IMG/VR virus record: IMGVR_UViG_3300012973_000013
Span: 3,295-67,294 of that record
Length of the DNA stretch: 64,000 bases
Strand: one strand, 5' to 3'
Origin: a virus
Taxonomy: Duplodnaviria > Caudoviricetes
The stretch's first letter is position 1; each line of letters opens with the position of its first letter. Below, one piece after another: positions 8,657-17,277 of the stretch. Position numbers and translations under genes: made by a program. Below the pieces are notes generated by a model that saw only the letters and a list, made by a program, of their open reading frames with translations, searched no databases and had not been told where the DNA came from.

Positions 8657-9036
8657 GCTGCCTTGCTCCCGAGAATTTCGGCATCGAGCAGCCCCCACGC
8701 CCGGAGCGCGGCCACGGCCTCGTCGATGCTGCGAATGACTGCGACCGGCGCGCCGAGTGCTTCAGCAGCCTCGCGCCACGCCTTCTGATCAGGCGACAAC
8801 CGGCCCTTGGGGGCCTTCAATTCCATGCAGTAAGCGCGTCCACCGGGGCCGATGAACACGAGGTCAGGCACACCCTTGCGAACGCCGAGCCCGACGAACC
8901 GGGCGGCAGTGCGGCGGTCCCGGGGGCCACCGTTCGGCACGTGAAACCAGAGCGCGCGAGGACGTGTGCGGGTCAGCAAGCCAACGATGGCTCGCTGCAG
9001 ATCGTCCTCAGGGGTCTGGCGGCGCCCCATCGTCAC
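8653..9036 (-). CDS. VRR-NUC domain nuclease
   Basis: FHVPNGG...GVRKGVPDL...MELKAPKGRLSPDQKAW. Confidence 0.88.
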   Translation of the reverse strand: MTMGRRQTPEDDLQRAIVGLLTRTRPRALWFHVPNGGPRDRRTAARFVGLGVRKGVPDLVFIGPGGRAYCMELKAPKGRLSPDQKAWREAAEALGAPVAVIRSIDEAVAALRAWGLLDAEILGSKAA

Positions 9037-9395
9037 GCCTCGACGGTGGCGTTGAGGCGGGGGAGCCCCCTCGGGTTAACCCGCGGCCCGTGGTCAGCCA
9101 ACTCGACCGCGCGGTTCTCCCAGAACAGTCGCTTGATGCGCTGGCCGCGCCTCTTGATCGCGGTGAACGTGACGTCCCACCGAGGCCACTCGCCGTACAT
9201 GGCGTCGAGAGCGGCGCGCGCGTGCTCCTCCGACTTGAAGACCCCGCATTGCGCGAAGCTGCAGCCCGTCGGGAGGTGCGAGATGGTCCAGAGATCGGAG
9301 GCACCGCGCACCTCATGCACCGCCAGGTGCTTGTGCACGAATGCCTCGATCTCCATTGCGCCGGCGGTCGTGTGGATCTGGATCGTGCGCTTCAT
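9033..9395 (-). CDS. Hypothetical protein
   Basis: Start trimmed to MKRTIQ, which has a GGAGG RBS. Confidence 0.6.
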   Translation of the reverse strand: MKRTIQIHTTAGAMEIEAFVHKHLAVHEVRGASDLWTISHLPTGCSFAQCGVFKSEEHARAALDAMYGEWPRWDVTFTAIKRRGQRIKRLFWENRAVELADHGPRVNPRGLPRLNATVEA

Positions 9396-9544
9396 TCCCC
9401 GCCTCCCCTCGCCTGCTTGTCCCACCAGCGGGCCTTGGCCAGGATGCGATGGCCTCGCTCGGTCAGGGCGTTCGCCCGCCAGGCTGCGAAAAGGCACCAA
9501 AGGACACGTCGAAGTCGTCGAAACGCTGCCATCGTCAAAGGCAT
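9392..9544 (-). CDS. Small hypothetical protein (50 aa)
   Basis: Manual translation MPLTMAAFRRLRRVLWCLF...; fills the gap between neighbours with overlaps. Confidence 0.4.
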   Translation of the reverse strand: MPLTMAAFRRLRRVLWCLFAAWRANALTERGHRILAKARWWDKQARGGGE

Positions 9545-9873
9545 TCCCGCTCCCCCCGGAGAGCTGCAAGCTCGGCTTCAAGCTGCGCCATGCGTTCGGC
9601 GCGGACGGCATCGCTCACCCACGCCGGCGCCGACGGGTAAGCTGCGGCAATCGCGCTAGGCCCGTAGCAGTCGATCATGCGGATGAAGTGCGTAAGGCGC
9701 GGCGACGCGTCCCCGCCGAGCCAGTTCGCCACCGTGCGGGTGGTGACGTGCAGGTCGGCCGCCACATTCGCCGCTGTGTCATGCGGATAGATCGCTCGCA
9801 GGAAGGTCGCCAGACCGTCGGCGTCGGCGTCCAAAACTTTCCGTGGGCGATGAAACTTCTTTCTCGCAGCCAT
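9535..9873 (-). CDS. HTH regulator (CII-like position)
   Basis: TAANVAADLHVTTRTVANWLGG helix-turn-helix; start uncertain. Confidence 0.65.
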   Translation of the reverse strand: MAARKKFHRPRKVLDADADGLATFLRAIYPHDTAANVAADLHVTTRTVANWLGGDASPRLTHFIRMIDCYGPSAIAAAYPSAPAWVSDAVRAERMAQLEAELAALRGERECL

Positions 9874-10191
9874 GAAGGACTGATTCACTGCCGTGCTCCA
9901 CATTGGGACCACAGGCGAACGCGGCGCTGATGCCGCAACGAGATCGGAGGACACAGTGGACATGGTGGCGGCGCTCGACACTTCAGGCGCCCCCGGACTG
10001 GTGGTGGAAGGAAACGAGCCGGGCGAGCGTGGTGGCGAACCCGGCAGGACGTGGGTGAGTTTGGGCGAGGCTTCCGCTGTGGTGGTCGGACGCATCGCGA
10101 TGAGGATGAGGGCTGCCGGGCTGACGAGCGGGCAAAACCCGCCAGCCCGGCGCCTCCCCAGCCGAGGGGGAGAAGCTCGGCCAGAGATTGG

Positions 10192-10280
10192 GAAAGAGAA
10201 AGCCGACGCCGCCCGCGAACGAGCGGGCGCCGGCAGTTTGGACCACCCGGGAGGAATCGGACGCGGTGGCCGGTCGGAAC
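10192..10280 (-). ncRNA. Candidate suhB/MmgR-like small RNA
   Basis: Minus strand reads UUCCUCCC-N9-AAACU, then a GC-rich hairpin (10202-10234) and a U-rich tail, matching the recalled suhB architecture. Confidence 0.4.
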
Positions 10281-10281
10281 A

Positions 10282-10599
10282 TCAGTCGCGGGCCTCCGGC
10301 AGGAACAGCCGCGCGGCACGCTGTGAAGGCGACGGGTCTCCCATCAGGCGCGCAGTCAGGTCGCGGTCGTCCGGAAGCACCGGGATAGCGATTGGCGAGC
10401 ACGGGGCCACGCCCTGCGACTGGGCACGAGGGACGCGCGGCGTCGAGGTGTAGAGCCCGGCCCGCTTCAGCCGATCGGTGAGCGCGCCGGACGAAATCCC
10501 GATGCCTGCGGTGCACGCGGTCACCGTCTCGCCAGCAGCCACGCGGGCCGCGATGCGGCGCAACTCGTCGTCGGAGATCTGGTAGCGGCGCCCGGTCAT
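10282..10599 (-). CDS. HTH protein
   Basis: IAARVAAGETVTACTAGIGISSGALTDRLKRAG; start trimmed to MTGRRYQ. Confidence 0.6.
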   Translation of the reverse strand: MTGRRYQISDDELRRIAARVAAGETVTACTAGIGISSGALTDRLKRAGLYTSTPRVPRAQSQGVAPCSPIAIPVLPDDRDLTARLMGDPSPSQRAARLFLPEARD

Positions 10600-10754
10600 C
10601 AGGCACCCGCCAGATGCTGGCCGGCGAGGCACAGAGCGAGGGCGATGCCGACGCAGACGATGGTAAGCCCGCCGTCGTCCCGCGCGCCGGAATGCGCCGC
10701 GTGTGCAGCGACAGCGCCGGCCGCGAAGACGATGAGGATGCCGAGGGCGGTCAT
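10599..10754 (-). CDS. Small membrane peptide
   Basis: Manual translation MTALGILIVFAAGAVAA...LTIVCVGIALALCLAG. Confidence 0.45.
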   Translation of the reverse strand: MTALGILIVFAAGAVAAHAAHSGARDDGGLTIVCVGIALALCLAGQHLAGA

Positions 10755-10945
10755 CGATTAATCTCGCGCTTGACCGCCACGAAGTGGGCAATCGCCGAGA
10801 CGATTAGGACGCAGATGAGGAACGACAGATCGGTTGCCTCGCCCGCGGACCCACCCTTTCTGATGAGGGCGGACAGAGCGGGAACGAGGCCGAAGAAGAC
10901 GGCCAAGGCAACCAGACTGCCGATCAGCGTGTGCACCGAAGCCAT
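10751..10945 (-). CDS. Small two-TM membrane protein
   Basis: MASVHTLIGSLVALAVFFGLVPAL...LSFLICVLIVSAIAHFVAV. Confidence 0.55.
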   Translation of the reverse strand: MASVHTLIGSLVALAVFFGLVPALSALIRKGGSAGEATDLSFLICVLIVSAIAHFVAVKREINR

Positions 10946-11130
10946 CACGAGCGCCCCCGCGTCTCGGCGCTGTCGCCCGTGTACTCGTCGGGATCGCGGT
11001 CCAACTCGCTGTAGTGCTGCGGCACCGGCCGGCGACGGTCGAGCCACATCACAACGATGACGGCCAGACCCAGAGATGCCGCGGTGAACGAGGCAACCCA
11101 CACGGACGGCCAGTAGAGGACGTCAGACAT
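10945..11130 (-). CDS. Small membrane protein
   Basis: WPSVWVASFTAASLGLAVIVVMWL. Confidence 0.55.
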   Translation of the reverse strand: MSDVLYWPSVWVASFTAASLGLAVIVVMWLDRRRPVPQHYSELDRDPDEYTGDSAETRGRS

Positions 11131-11293
11131 CACGCACCCCCAGTTCCAGAGCGATCAGGTGCGCCATAGCCCCCTCGAGGGCGGCGCCAGCGCGCGGCCG
11201 GGATCGACCCAGCCGGAGCGTCGCGAAGACGATCGCCAGCCCAGAGGGGGCTGCGAGCGCGGCGACGACGGAAAGCGTTTGAGCGACGGTCAT
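11123..11293 (-). CDS. Small membrane peptide
   Basis: Manual translation MTVAQTLSVVAALAAPSGLAIVFATL...; ATGA overlap with the cro stop. Confidence 0.5.
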   Translation of the reverse strand: MTVAQTLSVVAALAAPSGLAIVFATLRLGRSRPRAGAALEGAMAHLIALELGVRDV

Positions 11294-11559
11294 GCTGCCT
11301 CCGAGGGGCGCACGGTCGCGGCGCCCTTCTGCGGGCGCTGCTTCCGGGGCGGGCGAAGCGTTGACAGCAGCTCGGCAGTGACGCCCCTCGCCAACGGCGC
11401 CTCAGCGACCGCTGACGCAGCCACGACCCGCGGCCAGTACTCAGGGGGGATCGAATTGCGGCGGCCCATCAGCGAAGCGTGCATGGGGGTGACGCCCACG
11501 ACGCGGGCGAACTTCGTCGGCCCGCCGAATGCCTTGATGATGTCGTTGTGCGTTCGCAT
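11290..11559 (-). CDS. cro: Cro-like repressor
   Basis: IIKAFGGPTKFARVVGVT...W motif; divergent from cI. Confidence 0.8.
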   Translation of the reverse strand: MRTHNDIIKAFGGPTKFARVVGVTPMHASLMGRRNSIPPEYWPRVVAASAVAEAPLARGVTAELLSTLRPPRKQRPQKGAATVRPSEAA

Positions 11560-11566
11560 GACCATG

Positions 11567-11594
11567 ATTGTACATATCGCACAGCCATCGTCAA
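11567..11594 (-). promoter_or_regulatory. Lytic promoter driving cro, with operator 11569-11583
   Basis: TTGACG-N16-TACAAT on the minus strand; palindrome TGTAC-N5-GCACA overlaps the spacer and -10. Confidence 0.75.
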
Positions 11595-11614
11595 TGCCAA
11601 ATGCACTGGCGGCC

Positions 11615-11629
11615 TGCGCATAGTGCGCG
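11615..11629. promoter_or_regulatory. Degenerate operator just upstream of the cI start
   Basis: TGCGC-ATAGT-GCGCG, a near match to TGTRC-N5-GYACA. Confidence 0.45.
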
Positions 11630-11631
11630 AC

Positions 11632-12321
11632 ATGGGAAAAGACCGAATCTTGATCGAGGAAGCCGCCCGCCGGCTCCGCGAAGCGCGCCAGAAGGCGAAG
11701 ATCGACAGCGCCGCCGAGGCAGCGCGGCGCTTCGGCTGGAACCCGAACACTTACGCCAGTCATGAGAACGGTAACCGCGGCTTCAGCCGCAGCGCCGCTC
11801 GTCAGTACGCTTCTGCGTATAAGGTGCCTTTGGCGTGGCTATTGAACGGATCCTCCGAACCTGCAACAGTTGAAGTCGTCAGGCAGGCTCCTGTCGTGGG
11901 GGAAGTCGCCGCTGGAGTGTGGCGGGAGGATGACGTGTGGGATGTCGGTAAATATGCCGACGTTCCTGTCGTAAATGGGCGTTTTGGGCATCTTCCGCAG
12001 TATGCCTTTCGTGTCTCCGGGGGGAGCATGGATCTACTGCGGATATTCGACGGCGACTTTGTCGTATGTGTCGAATATTGGGAAGCGCGAACTGCGCATG
12101 GTGATGGGGACGTGGTTGTAGTATGCAGGCGTCGCGGAGCGCTAGTTGAGCGGACCGTCAAGCAGATCGCGGCCGATGGCTCGTCAACGGAACTTTGGCC
12201 ACGCTCGTCGGATCCGCGCTTCCAATCGCCAATCGTAGTGAAGCCGGACGGCACCGATGCAGACGGCGCCCTGGTGGAAATTACGCACCTGGTCATCAGC
12301 GCGGTCAGAAACTTCACATAG
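11632..12321 (+). CDS. cI: CI-like repressor (XRE HTH + S24 autopeptidase)
   Basis: N-terminal AEAARRFGWNPNTYASHENG; VVGEVAAG cleavage-site motif; FRVSGGSM (Ser) and RTVK (Lys) catalytic dyad. Confidence 0.9.
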   Translation: MGKDRILIEEAARRLREARQKAKIDSAAEAARRFGWNPNTYASHENGNRGFSRSAARQYASAYKVPLAWLLNGSSEPATVEVVRQAPVVGEVAAGVWREDDVWDVGKYADVPVVNGRFGHLPQYAFRVSGGSMDLLRIFDGDFVVCVEYWEARTAHGDGDVVVVCRRRGALVERTVKQIAADGSSTELWPRSSDPRFQSPIVVKPDGTDADGALVEITHLVISAVRNFT

Positions 12322-12395
12322 CCCTCTCGCGGGCCGCTCTGGACACATAACGCGCAGGCCGTAAGGCCGGGCGCGATCTCCTGTCGCACATATCC

Positions 12396-12446
12396 TGTAC
12401 TTTTTGCACGATCGCCTATTGACGGCTCCTGTGCACTATGTACAAT
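12396..12446 (+). promoter_or_regulatory. Lytic promoter for the early recombination/int operon, with operators 12396-12410 and 12430-12444
   Basis: TTGACG (12419-24)-N16-TACAAT (12441-46); operators TGTAC-TTTTT-GCACG and TGTGC-ACTAT-GTACA. Confidence 0.78.
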
Positions 12447-12511
12447 CTCCCCATCGCTGCACAGCCAGCGCGCCGCCGGTCACCGGACCGGGGGCAGAGA
12501 GGGAGGCAGAG

Positions 12512-12805
12512 ATGGCCCGCGAAGTCTCGTTCAGGATCAGCATGAAGGACCGGGCCTTGGTCCGGCGCATCGTTAGCCGCGCCAATCAGGCCGGCCTCGT
12601 CGAGGACCGCCTGTCGTCCGAGATGGACCTGACGGCGACGCACGCGAACGGCAACCGGATGGACTTCGCCCGACTGCTCGCCGCCGACAACTTCAACTTC
12701 GTCCACGACTTCTGCGGCATCGCCCGACACCTCGACCGCGCGACCGGCAAGCTCGGGGACCACTTCCGCCCCCGCTTCTCTCAGCGCGAGCGCGCCGCCG
12801 CCTGA
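12512..12805 (+). CDS. Conserved phage protein (DUF6874-like)
   Basis: MDLTATHANG..MDFARLLAADNFNFVHDFCGIARHLDRATGKL; GGAGG RBS. Family name from memory. Confidence 0.6.
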   Translation: MAREVSFRISMKDRALVRRIVSRANQAGLVEDRLSSEMDLTATHANGNRMDFARLLAADNFNFVHDFCGIARHLDRATGKLGDHFRPRFSQRERAAA

Positions 12806-12869
12806 CACCACCCCCGGCATCAGGCCGGCCCGCCCCGCTGTCCCTGAGTGACACGCATAGGAGGCACGC

Positions 12870-13157
12870 ATGAGCTACGCCAGCGAACAAGCCATCCTGA
12901 ATACACAGTTCAACGCCGCGATGCTCGCCTGTTCGGCCGAGGAAGCGCGCGCCGCCCCGCACGTCCTGATGCGCCCGGAGCTGTTTGCCGATGGCACGGC
13001 GTGGTGCGCGCTCTACGGCGAGAATCTCGCCGTTGGCGTGTCTGGCTTCGGCGAGACGCCGGCCGCTGCGATGGCTGCCTTCGACAAGGAGTGGCGCGAG
13101 CAGCGGACGCCGACAGCAGCCCGCCTTGCCCGCACCCAGAGCGACCAGGGTCGATAG
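12870..13157 (+). CDS. Hypothetical protein
   Basis: Strong RBS; WCALYGENLAVGVSGFGETPAAA. Confidence 0.7.
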   Translation: MSYASEQAILNTQFNAAMLACSAEEARAAPHVLMRPELFADGTAWCALYGENLAVGVSGFGETPAAAMAAFDKEWREQRTPTAARLARTQSDQGR

Positions 13158-13166
13158 GAGGCACGC

Positions 13167-13496
13167 ATGAGCGATGACGTGAAGACGGAGCCGACGGCGA
13201 GGCCGTGGAGCGCAGAGCGAAGCGACGGCGGCACTTGGTACGTGCTGGAGGGTGTTTGGCCGCGCGTCGAGGTCGTGTGCGAGGGCTTTTCCGAGGAAGA
13301 CGCCCGGCTAATCGCTCAGGCGCCCGCCCTCCTAGAGGAACGGGACGCGCTGCGGGCGGCTCTGGCGACGGCCAGAAGCCAGGTTGTCACCCTTGGCGGC
13401 GACGTGACCGAGCACGACGGCAAGATCGTCAGCGACCCGATACAGGCCGCTGTCCTGTCCGTGATCGACGCCGCTCTCTCCCGTGCGGAGGCCTGA
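13167..13496 (+). CDS. Hypothetical protein
   Basis: Strong RBS; EEDARLIAQAPALLE motif common in phage early genes. Confidence 0.7.
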   Translation: MSDDVKTEPTARPWSAERSDGGTWYVLEGVWPRVEVVCEGFSEEDARLIAQAPALLEERDALRAALATARSQVVTLGGDVTEHDGKIVSDPIQAAVLSVIDAALSRAEA

Positions 13497-13499
13497 GCT

Positions 13500-13847
13500 A
13501 TGGGGGCGATTGACCTAGAGCGGCTTGAAACACTGTGGGGCCGGAGCAGTGAGAGCTTCGCCGACCGCATTGTCTTCGACAGCGCATACGAGGAAGCGTT
13601 CCCCACCCTAGTCGCCGCCGCAAAGTCCCACTCCGCCCTTGTGGAGGAACGGGGCGCGCTGAGGGCGAGGGTCGCGGCGCTGGAGAGCGCTGTCGCAGCC
13701 GAGCGCGAGGCGTGCGCCAAGATCTTCGCATCTGAACGCCTGAACCGAGAGGGCAACGAGGCGGCCTTCGAACTGGGAGCGTGCTGCGCGTCGCACAACA
13801 TCGAGGACGCCATCCGCGCTCGCGCTGCCCGCAGCGGGAGCGCCTGA
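13500..13847 (+). CDS. Hypothetical protein
   Basis: Operon-packed ORF with AEREACAK...IRAR motif. Confidence 0.6.
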   Translation: MGAIDLERLETLWGRSSESFADRIVFDSAYEEAFPTLVAAAKSHSALVEERGALRARVAALESAVAAEREACAKIFASERLNREGNEAAFELGACCASHNIEDAIRARAARSGSA

Positions 13848-13848
13848 C

Positions 13849-14046
13849 ATGGCCGATGCACCCGCCGAACAGGCGATGTCCTCGCCCCTGTACCGGGCGG
13901 CGAGCCGGTTCGCCTCGCTTTTCACCGTGGACCGCGACGGCGACCAGCCCCGCGTGACTATCCGGGCTGGTGACGATGCAGAGGAACTCATCGCGGCCCA
14001 CGAGGCGCTCGACGCAGCCCTCGAAGCAGAGCGCAAGGAGGGCTGA
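13849..14046 (+). CDS. Hypothetical protein
   Basis: Operon-packed ORF. Confidence 0.55.
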   Translation: MADAPAEQAMSSPLYRAASRFASLFTVDRDGDQPRVTIRAGDDAEELIAAHEALDAALEAERKEG

Positions 14047-14048
14047 CC

Positions 14049-14312
14049 GTGACCAATGCAAGCGCACAGACTGCGATCAAGCTGCCGGTGCGAGCCGTCG
14101 AAATGTCGGGCGGCAGTGGCTTCGACATCACGGACGACGATGAGCGCATCATCTGCACGACTTGGGGCAGCCGCGAGGAAGCCGAAGAGATTGCCGCCGT
14201 CTTTGCCGAACGCCCCTCCCTCCTCGCGGAGGTCGAGAGGCTGAGGGCGATCCTCGACCTGGCGGATTTGATCGACCACGCCAGCGCCGCCCTCTCTCGT
14301 GGGGAGGGCTGA
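14049..14312 (+). CDS. Hypothetical protein
   Basis: Operon-packed ORF with RBS. Confidence 0.6.
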   Translation: MTNASAQTAIKLPVRAVEMSGGSGFDITDDDERIICTTWGSREEAEEIAAVFAERPSLLAEVERLRAILDLADLIDHASAALSRGEG

Positions 14313-14314
14313 CC

Positions 14315-14659
14315 GTGAACCACTTCCGCACCATCACCCGCGCGCCGGACGACGCCGAGCCCAACTATGCCGGCCTGTCGTTCGACTACCCCGACGACGC
14401 GTTCAAGGTCGGCCTTGGCAGGCTCGCCGTCGAATTCGAGGCGGTCGTCGTCTGCCGCGGCGAAATCGAGGGCCGGTTCTACCCCGATCGGGTCGTGCTG
14501 ATCGACGTCTACGGCAACACGCAGACGTTCACGAGCGGCGGGTCGACGGACGCCCCGTGGCTTCGCGAGGCGGTGTTCAAGGCTGTCGATGACAACTGGA
14601 CCGCCATCGAGACGTGGTGCGTCGAGCAGGCCGAGGTCGAGCAGATGGAGGCCGCGTGA
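14315..14659 (+). CDS. Hypothetical protein
   Basis: GTG start after GGAGGG; same junction sequence as the previous gene. Confidence 0.6.
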   Translation: MNHFRTITRAPDDAEPNYAGLSFDYPDDAFKVGLGRLAVEFEAVVVCRGEIEGRFYPDRVVLIDVYGNTQTFTSGGSTDAPWLREAVFKAVDDNWTAIETWCVEQAEVEQMEAA

Positions 14660-14744
14660 TGCGCCCCCTCGCTGACCACCTCACCGATATTTTCACCGCC
14701 GCGGTGTTCGTCGCCGCCGGGCTGATCTGGAGCATCCCGCTGCC

Positions 14745-15371
14745 ATGACCGCTCTCGCCACTCGGAACGCAGCGCCCCTGCCGCCGGAACGCAAATTGCT
14801 GCTGGAGATGGAGGCGGTTCGCACCCTGCTGAAGGATGTGGCGGCACTCGCTGACGACGACGCGCTTCGCCTCGACGCGATCGAGGGCGAGACCGGCTTC
14901 AATGAAGCCGTCGCCCAAGTGCTGCTGTCGATCGACGAGGACGAGATCATCCTCGCCGGCATCAAGGCCCGCAAGGTGGATCTGAACACCCGCGAGGCCC
15001 GCTTCAAAGCGCGGATGGAGCGGAAACGGGCGCTCATCGAGCGCGCCATGATGGACGCCGAGATCAACACGCTCCAGCTGCCCCTCGCCACGCTGTCGCT
15101 GGTCCGCCGCGCGCCCGGCGTTGTCGTCACCGACGAGGCAGCGATCCCGTCGGAATATTTCGTGCAGCCGCCGGCGCCGCCGCCCGCACTCGACACCAGA
15201 GCACTCGCCGCGCGTCTGCGAGAGCGCGCTGCCGCAGTCGAAGCCGCGCACGCCCTTCCGAGCCCCGAGGAACGCCTCGCCGCGCTGGAAGCGGCTGGCC
15301 GGCGCCATCCCCCCATTCCTGGTGCGACCCTCGACAACGGATCGGCCAGCCTGACCGTGAGGCCGAAATGA
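14745..15371 (+). CDS. Siphovirus Gp157-like protein (recombination module)
   Basis: Coiled coil followed by TLSLVRR...VVVTDEAAIPSEYF...IPGATL; lies upstream of the recombinase. Confidence 0.7.
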   Translation: MTALATRNAAPLPPERKLLLEMEAVRTLLKDVAALADDDALRLDAIEGETGFNEAVAQVLLSIDEDEIILAGIKARKVDLNTREARFKARMERKRALIERAMMDAEINTLQLPLATLSLVRRAPGVVVTDEAAIPSEYFVQPPAPPPALDTRALAARLRERAAAVEAAHALPSPEERLAALEAAGRRHPPIPGATLDNGSASLTVRPK

Positions 15372-16309
15372 ACGCCGTCACCCGCATGCGCGGAGCCCTG
15401 AATGGGCACACCGACCGGCAGATCGTTCTCATCAGGAACACGATTGCCAAGGACTGCAACCCCGAGGAATTCGACCTGTTCCTCGCTGCGGCCAACAGCT
15501 ACGGCCTCGACCCGTTCCGCAAGCAGATCATCCCGCTCGTCTTCGGCAAGTTCGCCCGCGATCCGTCCAAGCGGCGCATGTCGATCGTCGTCTCTCGCGA
15601 CGGACTGCGCGTCATTGCACAGCGCTGCGGCAACTACCGGCCGGCATCCGAAAAGGCCGAGTGGGAGTTCGACCTTGAACTCATTAGCCCGCTGAACCCG
15701 AAGGGGATCGTCAGTTGCACGGTCTACCTGTGGCAGCAGGACAATCGCGGGGAGTGGTTCCGGGTCAAGGGCGAAGCGTCGTGGGACGAGTTCGCGCCGA
15801 TCGCAGACGAGTGGGCCGAGGGCGACGACGGCACGCGCCGGCCAACAGGCCACAAGACGCTCGACGCCTCCGGCAACTGGCCCCGCATGCCCAAGGTCAT
15901 GCTGGAGAAGTGCGCCGAGGCGCAGGCCCTGCGTGCCGGGTGGCCTGACCAGTTCGGTGGCCTCTACGTCGAGGAAGAGATGGCCAAGGCCACCTTCGTC
16001 GACATGACCGCCAGCGAAATCGTGGAGCACGCCGCCGAGGAGCGCCGCCTGAAGGCCATCGGCGCCGGCAACGACCTGATGGTCTGTTGGGGGGCTGACT
16101 TCGGGCTGGAGCGGGTCCCCGTCGGCCAGATGGCCGATCGCGTGATCGAGCACATCCGCGACCTCGAGCCCGCCGCCGTCGCCAAGTGGCAGGCGATGAA
16201 TGCCGAGCCGCTGCGCGAGTACTGGGCGAAGGCGCCCGGCGACGCCCTCCAACTCAAGAAGCTTCTCGAAGCAGCCGCCAAGCCGCGGCTCCAGCAGGAG
16301 ATCGCCTAA
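15368..16309 (+). CDS. bet: Bet/RecT-family single-strand annealing protein
   Basis: EFDLFLAAANSYGLDPFRKQI...SRDGLRVIA...W..MP.VML.KCAEAQALR.GWP. Confidence 0.85.
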   Translation: MNAVTRMRGALNGHTDRQIVLIRNTIAKDCNPEEFDLFLAAANSYGLDPFRKQIIPLVFGKFARDPSKRRMSIVVSRDGLRVIAQRCGNYRPASEKAEWEFDLELISPLNPKGIVSCTVYLWQQDNRGEWFRVKGEASWDEFAPIADEWAEGDDGTRRPTGHKTLDASGNWPRMPKVMLEKCAEAQALRAGWPDQFGGLYVEEEMAKATFVDMTASEIVEHAAEERRLKAIGAGNDLMVCWGADFGLERVPVGQMADRVIEHIRDLEPAAVAKWQAMNAEPLREYWAKAPGDALQLKKLLEAAAKPRLQQEIA

Positions 16310-16758
16310 TGTCCGGCTCAGTCAACAAGGTCATCCTCGTCGGCAACCTCGGCGCTGATCCCGAAATTCGGCGCACGCAGGACGGCCGCACCATCGCCAA
16401 CCTGCGCATCGCCACGTCGGAGACATGGCGGGACAAGAACAGCGGTGAACGCCGCGAGAAGACCGAGTGGCACACCGTCGTGATCTTCAACGAAGGTCTC
16501 GCCAAGATCGCCGAGCAGTACACCCGAAAGGGCTCAAAGATCTACGTCGAGGGCGCGCTGCAGACCCGCAAGTGGCAGGACAAGGACGGCAACGACCGGT
16601 ACTCGACCGAGGTCGTGCTGCAGGGCTTCAACTGCTCGCTGACCCTGCTCGACGGCAAGGACAAGGGCGACGACCGCCCGTCCAGCGGCTCGCGTGAACC
16701 CGATCGCCGCTCGCACCAGCGGCCGCTCGAAGACGACCTCGACGACGTCCCCTTCTAG
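16309..16758 (+). CDS. ssb: Single-stranded DNA-binding protein
   Basis: MSGSVNKVILVGNLGADPE...TEWH...acidic tail DDVPF. Confidence 0.97.
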   Translation: MSGSVNKVILVGNLGADPEIRRTQDGRTIANLRIATSETWRDKNSGERREKTEWHTVVIFNEGLAKIAEQYTRKGSKIYVEGALQTRKWQDKDGNDRYSTEVVLQGFNCSLTLLDGKDKGDDRPSSGSREPDRRSHQRPLEDDLDDVPF

Positions 16759-16767
16759 GAGCGAGGC

Positions 16768-17277
16768 ATGACCACGCCCTGCGTTTTCCGATGGGACGGC
16801 GACGCGATGGTTCCGACCACCGCGTTCATGCGCCGCCTGGCTGATCGCGAGTTCGTCGTCGGGCAGGACTACCGCCTCGTCGAGGAAGCCGAGCGCTCCA
16901 GCAAATCGCACCGGCATTTCTTCGCTGCCGTCGCCGAGGGGCACGCCAGCCTGCCGGAGCACCTGACGGAGCGGTTCCCGACGCCGGAGCACCTACGCCG
17001 TTATGCGCTGATCCGCGCCGGGTACTGCGACAGCCACACGCTGGTCTGTTCGTCGGCCGCCGAGGCGCGCCGGCTGGCCGCGTTCATCCGGCCGAGCGAC
17101 GAGTTCGCCGTCGTCACGGTCGAGGCCGCCACGATCACCCGCTACGTCGCCAAGTCGCAGTCGACGAGGGCGATGGGCGCGAAGGACTTCCAGCGATCGA
17201 AGGGCGATGTCCTCGACGTCATCGCCGGGATGCTCGACGTCCCCACCACGGCGCTCGCCAGTGCGGAGGCTGCGTGA
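16768..17277 (+). CDS. NinB/DUF1367-like protein
   Basis: ERSSKSHRHFFA...S.RAMGAKDFQRSK pattern; follows ssb. Confidence 0.55.
   Translation: MTTPCVFRWDGDAMVPTTAFMRRLADREFVVGQDYRLVEEAERSSKSHRHFFAAVAEGHASLPEHLTERFPTPEHLRRYALIRAGYCDSHTLVCSSAAEARRLAAFIRPSDEFAVVTVEAATITRYVAKSQSTRAMGAKDFQRSKGDVLDVIAGMLDVPTTALASAEAA

Noticed and set aside
14693-16252. 519-aa minus-strand ORF
   Set aside because: Antisense shadow of the Gp157-like and bet genes in high-GC DNA; no motifs. The same applies to 1107-2228, 45629-47533, 58546-60048 and most overlapping ORFs in the track.
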